A stretch of 64,000 nucleotides of DNA from an uncultured virus (IMG/VR IMGVR_UViG_3300027963_005142) (lineage: Duplodnaviria; Heunggongvirae; Uroviricota; Caudoviricetes): IMG/VR virus record IMGVR_UViG_3300027963_005142; one strand, given 5' to 3'. The notes under the pieces are model-generated. The model searched no databases. It was not told where the DNA came from and was given only the letters and a program-made list of their open reading frames with translations. Shown piece by piece: positions 56,624-64,000 of the stretch. A program made the position numbers and the translations under genes. The stretch's first letter is position 1, and each line of letters starts with the position of its first letter.

Positions 56624-57584
56624 TCTATCCCGCAGGACTGTTCTTCTTGTTGATGGCATGGGAACATTCCTGCGGCATTTTGTCGCCAATCCAGCTGTGT
56701 CGACAAACGGTGATCACATCGGCGGGGTGATTGGAACTATGAACGAGATCCGATCACTCTGCGACCGCTTTCGACCTCGTAGAATCTACGTTGTATGGGA
56801 GAGCGGCGGCTCACCTCGCCGTCGCGCCATCTTTCCAGATTACAAGTCTAATAGAAAGGCTGCAAAGCTTAACAGATTCTATTCAGACGACATACCGCAG
56901 ACTGTTGGCGGTCGAGACAGCCAGGTGAAGATGCTTGTGTCGCTTCTCAAGCATTCACCCATAGTTCAGCTGTATGTCCCAGATTGCGAAGCTGATGATG
57001 TGATCGGCTACGTTTCCAGGTACCACCACAAGGAAGAGCTGAAGGTCATTCTAAGCCCAGACCACGACTACTATCAGTTGATATCTGAGGGCTCGATGGT
57101 ATGGTCTCCTACTTGGAAGAAGATGGTTGAAGAGTCGGGAGTCCTTGAGAAGTACGGAGTCCACCCTAACAACTTTGCACTTGCAAAATCTGTGTGCGGG
57201 GATCAGTCTGACTGCATACCGGGCGTCGAGGGTGTAGGTTTTAAGACGCTTGCAAAGAAGTTCCCAGAGCTATCACAGGCTGCGACGGTGATGGTGTCTG
57301 ACTTCATGCGTCAAGCTCGATCTCTGTCTGAGTCGGGAGACAAGACAAAGTGCGTCCGAAGCATCATCGAGTCAGAAGAGATTATCCACAGAAACTGGAG
57401 TCTGGTCTACCTTGACACTGCTAACTTGTCAGGAAGTCAGATCACAAGAGTTGAGGGGATCATTGAACAAGCTAGCCCCCAGAGGCGTAAAATAGAATTC
57501 ATTCGAACTATGATCTCGCTCGGGATCCAAACATTTGACGCTGACAGATTCTTTAATTCAATGACACAAGTTGAGACAAAATGA
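56616..57584 (+). CDS. 5'-3' exonuclease/flap endonuclease (T4 RNase H-like)
   Basis: LLVDG, YKSNR, EADDVIG, SPDHDYYQL and GDQSDCIPGVEGVG. Confidence 0.9.
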   Translation: MSDLSRRTVLLVDGMGTFLRHFVANPAVSTNGDHIGGVIGTMNEIRSLCDRFRPRRIYVVWESGGSPRRRAIFPDYKSNRKAAKLNRFYSDDIPQTVGGRDSQVKMLVSLLKHSPIVQLYVPDCEADDVIGYVSRYHHKEELKVILSPDHDYYQLISEGSMVWSPTWKKMVEESGVLEKYGVHPNNFALAKSVCGDQSDCIPGVEGVGFKTLAKKFPELSQAATVMVSDFMRQARSLSESGDKTKCVRSIIESEEIIHRNWSLVYLDTANLSGSQITRVEGIIEQASPQRRKIEFIRTMISLGIQTFDADRFFNSMTQVETK

Positions 57585-58960
57585 ATATTGAACCGACTCA
57601 CCACTTCAAGCAGTACGGCAAGCAGTTCCAGGAGAAGATCTTCCAGGCACTTCTGACGGATAGAAACTGGTCAACTCAGATGACTGAGATTATGGCTCCT
57701 AGCTTCTTTGATCTGAAGTACTTGGAATTTTTGACTGACAGGTACTTTACCTACTATGCGAAGTACAAAGACTTTCCGACTCTGCCGCTTTTGATTACGA
57801 TCATCAGAGACGAGCTGAAGGAAGGCAAGGACACAATTCTAAGAGATCAGATTGTTGACTTCCTGCAGCGAATCCGGGTCAACCCTGACGTTGGAGACCT
57901 ATCCTACGTCAAGGACAAGTCTCTTGACTTCTGCAGGAAGCAGGCAATGAAGGAAGCTCTTGAGAAGGCAGTTGAGCTCATTGCAACTGACAATATTGAC
58001 TCTGTCATGAGCTTGATGAAGAATGCACTGTCTGCAGGAACGCCTGCATCAATTGGGCACGACTTCTTTGAAGATGCCGAAGCTCGTTTCGTCAGGACAA
58101 GAAGAGTTCCATGCCCTACTGGAATCACTGCAATTGATGCACCCGGAGTCTTGAACGGTGGCCTCGGGCGCGGCGAACTCGGCGTTGCAGTTGGAAATAC
58201 AGGAACTGGAAAGTCTCACTTCTTGGTCTCTGTTGGTGCTGAGGCGCTTCGCCTCGGAAAGAATGTTGTTCATTACACCTTCGAGCTCAGCGAATCTGCA
58301 GTCGGACTCAGGTACGATTCTAACTTCTGCAAGATTCCAAGCAACGAAATTATCGACAGAAAGAGTGAGGTCCTAGACTTCTACAAGAACGCTACACTCG
58401 GTCGCTTGATCATCAAGGAATACCCGACAGGTTCAGCTTCTGTGCAGACTCTTCGTAACCACATCGAAAAACTTCTACTTAAGTCGTTTGTTCCAAGTGT
58501 CATCATCATCGACTATGCTGACATTATGCGGTCTTCTAGAAAGATGGACTCGCTTCGTCACGAGTTGAAGCTTATTTATGAAGAGCTTCGTAATCTAGCG
58601 ATGGAAATGAACGTCCCGATCTGGACAGCATCTCAGGCAAACAGAGATGCTTCTAACTCAGATATCGTCGGTCTTGAAAACATGTCTGAAGCCTACGGGA
58701 AAGCCATGGTTGCTGACGTAGTCCTTTCGATCTCAAGAAAGCCGATCGAGAAGTCTTCGGGAATTGGAAGAATGTTCGTTGCCAAAAACAGAGCAGGTCG
58801 TGATGGTATTCTCTTCCCCATCAGGATCGATACGTCGATGTCTGTCTTCGAAACACTCTCAGACTCTTCTGAGATGTCTCTGGATGAAGTTATCAAGTCC
58901 ACTAAAACGAATGCAAAGGACTTGCTAAGACAGAAGTGGAAAGAGGTTAACGGAAACTAA
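57581..58960 (+). CDS. Replicative DNA helicase (DnaB/T4 gp41-like)
   Basis: GNTGTGKS Walker A, TFE, IIIDYAD, WTASQANR and KNRAG. Confidence 0.92.
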   Translation: MNIEPTHHFKQYGKQFQEKIFQALLTDRNWSTQMTEIMAPSFFDLKYLEFLTDRYFTYYAKYKDFPTLPLLITIIRDELKEGKDTILRDQIVDFLQRIRVNPDVGDLSYVKDKSLDFCRKQAMKEALEKAVELIATDNIDSVMSLMKNALSAGTPASIGHDFFEDAEARFVRTRRVPCPTGITAIDAPGVLNGGLGRGELGVAVGNTGTGKSHFLVSVGAEALRLGKNVVHYTFELSESAVGLRYDSNFCKIPSNEIIDRKSEVLDFYKNATLGRLIIKEYPTGSASVQTLRNHIEKLLLKSFVPSVIIIDYADIMRSSRKMDSLRHELKLIYEELRNLAMEMNVPIWTASQANRDASNSDIVGLENMSEAYGKAMVADVVLSISRKPIEKSSGIGRMFVAKNRAGRDGILFPIRIDTSMSVFETLSDSSEMSLDEVIKSTKTNAKDLLRQKWKEVNGN

Positions 58961-58984
58961 TTTCTGTGTATCAGGAGTATTACC

Positions 58985-61462
58985 ATGTCACATAGTCCCT
59001 TATTGCTCGAGTATTTTGGCGGCGACGACCTCGCCTGCGATGTCTTTACGAAGTATGCGCTTCACAACAAGAGCGGCGAACGTCTAGAGTTCATGCCCGA
59101 CGAGATGCACTTGCGACTCGCGAAGGAGTTCGCTAGGATCGAGTCAAAGTATCCAAACCCCCTGTCGCAAGACGAGATCTTCGACATGCTAGATAAGTTT
59201 CAGCAAGTCGTCCCGCAAGGATCTCCAATGTCAGGTATTGGGAACCCCTACCAGCTACAGTCTCTGTCAAACTGCTTTGTCATCGACCAGCCTCATGACT
59301 CTTACGCAGGGATCCTCTTCTCTGACCAGGAGCAGGTGCAGATCATGAAGCGCCGCGGTGGTGTTGGATTGGATGTGTCGAACATCAGGCCAAAGGGACA
59401 ACCTACCACCAATGCTGCCCGCACAACTGACGGTATCGGCGTCTTCATGGAGCGCTTCAGCAACTCCACACGTGAGGTTGCACAAGGCGGCCGCCGCGGC
59501 GCTCTGATGATTACTATCGATTGTCGTCACCCAGAGATCGAGACATTCATCGACATCAAGCGTGACCTCAAAAAGGTGACAGGAGCGAACATCTCGATCC
59601 GCTTCACTGATGAGTTCATGCAGGCTGTAGAGGGTGAGAAGGACTTCCTGCTTCGGTGGCCCGTGGAGGCTCACCCGGAGGAAGCTGAGATCTGCAAGAC
59701 AGTCAACGCGAAGCAGGTCTGGAACAAGTTCATCGATGCCGCATGGTCTTCTGCCGAGCCCGGGGCTCTCTTCTGGGACACTGTAGTTGACCAGGGAATC
59801 GTTGACCGCTACCGTGACGTCGGTTACAAGACAATCTCTACCAATCCCTGCGGTGAGATCCCCCTCAGCCCATACGACTCCTGTCGACTGATGGTTGTTA
59901 ACCTTACCTCGTTTGTGATCGATCCGTTTACTGATCATGCAAGATTTGATTTTTCAAACTTTAACTCCGTAGTCATGAAGGCTCAGCGTCTCATGGACGA
60001 CCTCGTGGACCTTGAGGTCGAGTGCGTTGATAGGATTCTTGAGAAGATTCAGAACGATCCAGAGCCTGACAGCGTGAAGATGATTGAGAAGACACTCTGG
60101 ACAAAGATTAGAGCGGCAGGTCTCAATGGTCGTCGCACTGGTCTCGGAGTCACAGGTCTTGGCGACTGTCTTGCAGCTCTAGGTGTTCGTTATGGAGATA
60201 AGCGCTCTATTGACGTCACCGAGGAGATCTACAAGGCCCTCGCCGTCGGAGCTCACCGTTCTTCGATCGTTCTTGCCAAGGAGCGCGGTGCCTTCCCAGT
60301 GTGGGACTACGAGAAGGAGAAGGATCACACCTACCTCAAGAAGGTGATCTCCTCTTGCAACGGTGAGTACTACGAGATGTGGAAGAACACAGGTCGTCGC
60401 AACATTGCTCTCACCACCACAGCACCCGTCGGTTCAGTCTCCTGTCTCACGCAGACCACTTCGGGAATTGAGCCTGCCTTCCTTCTCTCGTACAAGCGCC
60501 GCCGCAAGATTACCGGTAGTGATATCTCTGCTAGAGTCGACTATGTTGACCCAATGGGAGACAAGTGGCAGGAGTACACTGTCTACCATCACTGGTTCAA
60601 GAAGTGGATGGACGTCACCGGTAAGACCGATCCACAGGAGAGCCCGTACTGGGGTGGTACCGCCAACGATATCGACTGGGAGAGATCAGTTGACATCCAG
60701 GCTGCAGCACAAGCCTGGGTTGACCATTCAATATCTAAGACCTGTAACCTTCCTAATTCTGCTACGAGAGAGACAGTTAACTCTGTCTACATGAAAGCCT
60801 GGAAGACAGGATGTAAGGGCTTTACAGTCTATCGAGACGGTTGTCGCACCGGAGTTCTTGTCGCAGACACTCCTAAGCAGGAAGACAAGCCAAAGAGCGC
60901 CGGTGACTTCCATCCCAAGCGTCCAAAGGAGCTACCTTGCGACATTCACAGAGTTAATGTGAAAGATGATACAGGTGTCACGCAGTCTTGGATGGTCCTC
61001 GTAGGCTTAAATGACGGAATGCCATACGAGGTCTTCAGTGGTCTTGCTGAGCATATTGAAGTTCCAAAGAAGACCAAAGCAGGGACCTTGATCAAGAATG
61101 GCAAGAAGGAGGGCATAGCGACCTACAATCTTAGAGTTCCCATCGGTAACGACGATGAGATCCTCTTCAAAGACGTCGTTAACCTCTTTGCAAACCCGAC
61201 GCAAGGTGCTTTCACTAGGACAATCTCTCTTGCTCTTCGCCACGGTATCCCGGTCAACTTTGTAGTTGATCAGCTCCAGAAGGATAAAGACTCAGACATG
61301 TTTGCCTTTGCACGTTGCATTGCCAGAGTTCTGAAGGGCTACATTCCCGACGGAACAAAGTCAACAAACGAGAAGAAGTGCAAAGACTGTGGAAGCGACC
61401 AGGTGTTCTACCAGGAGGGTTGCGTTACGTGTAGTGCTTGCGGCTCTAGCAAGTGTAGCTAG
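58985..61462 (+). CDS. nrdJ: Class II (B12-dependent) ribonucleotide reductase with C-terminal Zn ribbon
   Basis: SNCF, TNPCGE, SCRL, GRRTGLG, APVG, SKTCN and YRDG; C-terminal CxxC/CxxC; no beta subunit adjacent. Confidence 0.88.
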   Translation: MSHSPLLLEYFGGDDLACDVFTKYALHNKSGERLEFMPDEMHLRLAKEFARIESKYPNPLSQDEIFDMLDKFQQVVPQGSPMSGIGNPYQLQSLSNCFVIDQPHDSYAGILFSDQEQVQIMKRRGGVGLDVSNIRPKGQPTTNAARTTDGIGVFMERFSNSTREVAQGGRRGALMITIDCRHPEIETFIDIKRDLKKVTGANISIRFTDEFMQAVEGEKDFLLRWPVEAHPEEAEICKTVNAKQVWNKFIDAAWSSAEPGALFWDTVVDQGIVDRYRDVGYKTISTNPCGEIPLSPYDSCRLMVVNLTSFVIDPFTDHARFDFSNFNSVVMKAQRLMDDLVDLEVECVDRILEKIQNDPEPDSVKMIEKTLWTKIRAAGLNGRRTGLGVTGLGDCLAALGVRYGDKRSIDVTEEIYKALAVGAHRSSIVLAKERGAFPVWDYEKEKDHTYLKKVISSCNGEYYEMWKNTGRRNIALTTTAPVGSVSCLTQTTSGIEPAFLLSYKRRRKITGSDISARVDYVDPMGDKWQEYTVYHHWFKKWMDVTGKTDPQESPYWGGTANDIDWERSVDIQAAAQAWVDHSISKTCNLPNSATRETVNSVYMKAWKTGCKGFTVYRDGCRTGVLVADTPKQEDKPKSAGDFHPKRPKELPCDIHRVNVKDDTGVTQSWMVLVGLNDGMPYEVFSGLAEHIEVPKKTKAGTLIKNGKKEGIATYNLRVPIGNDDEILFKDVVNLFANPTQGAFTRTISLALRHGIPVNFVVDQLQKDKDSDMFAFARCIARVLKGYIPDGTKSTNEKKCKDCGSDQVFYQEGCVTCSACGSSKCS

Positions 61463-61465
61463 TTC

Positions 61466-61494
61466 TTAAAAAATTGAACTCACTTGAGTATAGT
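61466..61494 (+). promoter_or_regulatory. Sigma70-like promoter, probably leaderless
   Basis: TTAAAA-17 nt-TATAGT, ending 5 nt before the ATG at 61500. Confidence 0.55.
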
Positions 61495-61499
61495 AATTC

Positions 61500-62102
61500 A
61501 TGAACATCATCACACGCGTTTCTCCCCTTATCAAGGAGTGCGAGCTTCGGGCCGCACCTATCATCATCCGCGTCAACAAGTTTGACGAAGATTCTGCAAA
61601 GGAGTTTGCACAGCAGATGTCGATGGCCCAGTCTTCTGGGCAGGGAATCATCCCGATTGTTATTGATAGCTACGGTGGCCAGGTCTACTCTCTGATGACC
61701 ATGATCGATGCGATCAAGGCTTCTCGAGTTCCAGTTGCTACCATTGTTGAAGGAAAGGCTATGAGCTGCGGTGCAGTTCTTCTAACCTGTGGTGCTGAGG
61801 GGATGCGATTTGCAGGACCAAATGCCACCATCATGATCCACGAGGTTTCGACTGGTAGCTTTGGAAAGGTTGAGGAGATCAAGACTGATGCAAAGGAAGT
61901 TGATCGACTCAATGACAAGATCTTGAAGATCATGGCAAAGAACATTGGAAAGGACGAAGATTACTTCCTCGAAGAGATCCACCACAAGAAGCACGCTGAC
62001 TGGTTCATCGAGCCAGAGGAGGCAAAGGAGATGAACATGGTTAACCACATCAAGGTTCCAGAGATGATGCTAACAGTGGACGTCAAGTACAAGTTTGAAT
62101 AG
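61500..62102 (+). CDS. clpP: ClpP-like protease subunit
   Basis: IDSYGGQV, AMSCGA (Ser), IMIHE (His) and DWF..PEEA (Asp). Confidence 0.88.
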   Translation: MNIITRVSPLIKECELRAAPIIIRVNKFDEDSAKEFAQQMSMAQSSGQGIIPIVIDSYGGQVYSLMTMIDAIKASRVPVATIVEGKAMSCGAVLLTCGAEGMRFAGPNATIMIHEVSTGSFGKVEEIKTDAKEVDRLNDKILKIMAKNIGKDEDYFLEEIHHKKHADWFIEPEEAKEMNMVNHIKVPEMMLTVDVKYKFE

Positions 62103-62442
62103 AAAGCTAGAGCTCCTAATAAAAGTCATGGCATGGAGAGCTTTCTCCATGTGCTATGGATTTTGCATAGCTTTCTTCTTCACTAGAAATGCTGCAGATT
62201 CAATCGGAATAGTCCTAATAACTGGGACTACTTTGACTTTTCTGCAGTGGGGATTTGAAATAATCTGGGACAAATACTTCAGGGAGAATCTCAGACATGC
62301 CCTTTCAAGACAACAAGGTAGAATTGGTTGGATGGTATGGTTCAGACGAAGTCCACGCACTGTCAGCATGGACAAGTACGAACAGAGATCTAACAGAGGA
62401 GAAGAGAGTGAGAATTCCTCAGCTTCTCAAGATGCTGGCTGA
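62095..62442 (+). CDS. Small two-helix membrane protein (DUF2061-like)
   Basis: K...WR, two hydrophobic stretches and FE..W; 3' end overlaps thyX by 146 nt. Confidence 0.5.
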   Translation: MNRKLELLIKVMAWRAFSMCYGFCIAFFFTRNAADSIGIVLITGTTLTFLQWGFEIIWDKYFRENLRHALSRQQGRIGWMVWFRRSPRTVSMDKYEQRSNRGEESENSSASQDAG

Positions 62443-62929
62443 GAACGGCCACGAGACTCCGTTCGAGAAGAGCTCTCTTCACTTCCTGGTTACAGTCGAT
62501 ACAGCTACTCACGTGCATCTTCTCAAGCATCGCATCGGAGTCTCAGTTAACGGTGAGTCGGCTCGCTATAAAGAGCTTAAGGACGACAAGTACTACCTTC
62601 CAAAGGACTGGCCACTTGAGGATCAGGCGCACTACATTGCATTCATGGAAGATGCTATCATGCGCTACCACGATGCACTTGAGCGGCTCGTAGAGAACGG
62701 CATGAACCGCAAGCGAGCGAAAGAGTCAGCTCGATTCTATTTGCCTTATGGCAACCAGATCACGATGGATGTGATGTTCAACTGGCGCTCTTTCAACCAC
62801 TTCCTCAGCCTTCGCATGAAGCCCGATGCACAGAAGGAAGTTCGAGATCTTGCAGAGCAGATGCTAGATCTGGTTAGAAGTATTCCGCATCATCCGTTCA
62901 AGCACACGATCGAAGCTTTTGGTATTTAG
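62297..62929 (+). CDS. thyX: FAD-dependent thymidylate synthase
   Basis: GHETPFE, KHRIGVSVNGESARY (RHRx7S variant), ESARFYLP, NWRS and AQKEVR. Confidence 0.92.
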   Translation: MPFQDNKVELVGWYGSDEVHALSAWTSTNRDLTEEKRVRIPQLLKMLAENGHETPFEKSSLHFLVTVDTATHVHLLKHRIGVSVNGESARYKELKDDKYYLPKDWPLEDQAHYIAFMEDAIMRYHDALERLVENGMNRKRAKESARFYLPYGNQITMDVMFNWRSFNHFLSLRMKPDAQKEVRDLAEQMLDLVRSIPHHPFKHTIEAFGI

Positions 62930-62930
62930 C

Positions 62931-62959
62931 TTGTAAATTAAGACTTGTTCGATTACAAT
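62931..62959 (+). promoter_or_regulatory. Sigma70-like promoter, probably leaderless
   Basis: TTGTAA-17 nt-TACAAT, ending 5 nt before the GTG at 62965. Confidence 0.65.
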
Positions 62960-62964
62960 CTTTC

Positions 62965-63381
62965 GTGATCGCACCTAAGTCACCATACAACCTGATCCAA
63001 GAGACAGTTCAACACGATCCGTGGAGAGTTCTAGTTGTCTGTATTTTCTGCAATCTGACTCGCAGAGTAGTTGCAGAGCCTTACATGTGGAAGTTCTTTG
63101 AACGCTGGCCGACAGCAGAGAGTGCTGCTCACGCCAATGCAGAAGAGATCAGAGACCTAATTGCTGACCTCGGCCTCTCAGACCGTCGTAGCAAAACGCT
63201 AGTAAAGCTGTCTCAAGCTTTCGTGAACTGGGACGGCAATGATGTAAGATCTCTACCCGGCGTTGGAGATTACGCAGGAGCTGCTTACGACATCTTCTGC
63301 TTGCACAAGTGGGATGACATTCCAGAGCCTAAAGACGGTGCACTTAAGAACTACTGGAAGTGGATCAACAACAAAGAGTAA
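62965..63381 (+). CDS. MBD4-like HhH-GPD DNA glycosylase
   Basis: SPYNLIQE...HDPW...IFCN.T, LPGVGDY helix-hairpin-helix, Y.IFC and PKD..L..Y..W. Confidence 0.85.
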   Translation: MIAPKSPYNLIQETVQHDPWRVLVVCIFCNLTRRVVAEPYMWKFFERWPTAESAAHANAEEIRDLIADLGLSDRRSKTLVKLSQAFVNWDGNDVRSLPGVGDYAGAAYDIFCLHKWDDIPEPKDGALKNYWKWINNKE

Positions 63382-63388
63382 GCTAGGT

Positions 63389-63417
63389 TTAAAATACGGA
63401 TGTTCTCATCACACAAT
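63389..63417 (+). promoter_or_regulatory. Possible sigma70-like promoter for the Fpg gene
   Basis: TTAAAA-17 nt-CACAAT. Confidence 0.4.
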
Positions 63418-63462
63418 ACTAAAACTTGTTCGGAATGGCTTTAAAGCCTAAAGGAGGATACC

Positions 63463-64000
63463 ATCCCAGAAGGCCCCGAGGTTAGAATTGTTACAGATTC
63501 TTTGGCAAAGTCAATTGCGGGAATGACAATTGTGTCGATTGAAGTTCTTTCTGGAAGATACGTGCGACACGGAGATCCTGACGGGCTAGATGATTTTTCT
63601 AGCGTGATTCCGGCTACAGTTGACGCTGTAGCCTGCAAGGGCAAGTTCATCTACTTCAAGGTGGGCAACTGGTTCATCTGGAACACACTGGGGATGACCG
63701 GAGGCTGGAGCCGAGGCCCGCAGAAGCACAGCAGGGTGCGTTTCACTTTCTCCGACGGAAGCAAGCTACACTTCAACGACGCTAGAAACTTTGGAACACT
63801 AAAGTTTGTCAGAGGAGAAGAAGAGCTACACCAGAAGCTTCAGTCTCTAGGTCCTGACATGCTCGCAGAAGATGTCAAAGACGACATCTTCGAGCAGCGC
63901 GTAGGGAATCTAAAGGGTACAATCGCAGAGGGACTGATGAATCAGTCAGTCGTCTGCGGCGTTGGAAACTATCTGAAGTCCGAGTCGCTCTACTTCGCTC
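63463..64000 (+). CDS. mutM: Fpg/MutM (Fpg/Nei family) DNA glycosylase, 3'-truncated, ATC start
   Basis: Not in the ORF track. Translates PEGPEV...KGKF...LGMTG...FNDARNFG...LGPD...MNQSVVCGVGNYLKSESL. AAGGAGG at 63451-63457. Confidence 0.88.
   Translation, partial: MPEGPEVRIVTDSLAKSIAGMTIVSIEVLSGRYVRHGDPDGLDDFSSVIPATVDAVACKGKFIYFKVGNWFIWNTLGMTGGWSRGPQKHSRVRFTFSDGSKLHFNDARNFGTLKFVRGEEELHQKLQSLGPDMLAEDVKDDIFEQRVGNLKGTIAEGLMNQSVVCGVGNYLKSESLYFA

Noticed and set aside
59267..59938. 223-aa minus-strand ORF and the other antisense ORFs in the track
   Set aside because: They lie wholly opposite well-supported genes and are explained by codon bias; no motifs or translation signals.
58985..61462. Intein or intron in RNR (also terminase, helicase, RecA)
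   Set aside because: Lengths and motif spacing are ordinary; no splice-junction or homing endonuclease motifs were seen.
63400..63444. Upstream ATG as the Fpg start
   Set aside because: It is in frame but closed by TAA at 63442-63444, and an extension would block the catalytic N-terminal Pro.
1..64000. Stop-codon reassignment (alternative genetic code)
   Set aside because: Conserved genes are uninterrupted in the standard code, and TAG, TAA and TGA all end genes at sensible, coupled positions.
1..64000. CRISPR array, tRNA/rRNA, integrase/transposase, DGR reverse transcriptase
   Set aside because: Intergenic gaps are under about 120 nt with no repeat-spacer pattern or cloverleaf seen, and no matching protein motifs were recognised.

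Overview
The window is a gene-dense, single-strand (+) segment of a large T4-superfamily-like contractile-tailed (myovirus-type, probably jumbo) phage genome, read in the standard bacterial code (TAG, TAA and TGA all end genes). Order: divergent putative baseplate/tail-fibre genes (1-16 kb); RuvC-like resolvase, primase and a fused SbcD-SbcC (Mre11-Rad50) gene (16-20.5 kb); terminase large subunit, portal, prohead protease, scaffold and major capsid (21-31 kb); neck and tail-terminator proteins, two tandem tail sheath paralogues, tail tube, tail chaperone, tape measure and baseplate hub genes (32-52 kb); then a replication/repair/nucleotide block (minimal family-A polymerase, HD-like protein, gp32-like SSB, RecA/UvsX, 5'-3' exonuclease, helicase, class II RNR, ClpP, ThyX, MBD4-like glycosylase, Fpg). 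The most notable signals are (1) a probable programmed +1/-2 frameshift at a U7 run that would fuse a gp26-like and a gp51-like ORF at the canonical tail-chaperone position, (2) an Fpg gene whose only possible start is ATC, (3) a set of sigma70-like promoters ending exactly 5 nt before start codons, implying leaderless mRNAs, alongside a separate TA-N-K-TA late-promoter-like motif, (4) a glycosylase closely resembling eukaryotic MBD4, and (5) a minimal PolA with atypical motif B/C residues. Product calls come from recognising motifs and gene order by eye; no database search was run, and the host is unknown.
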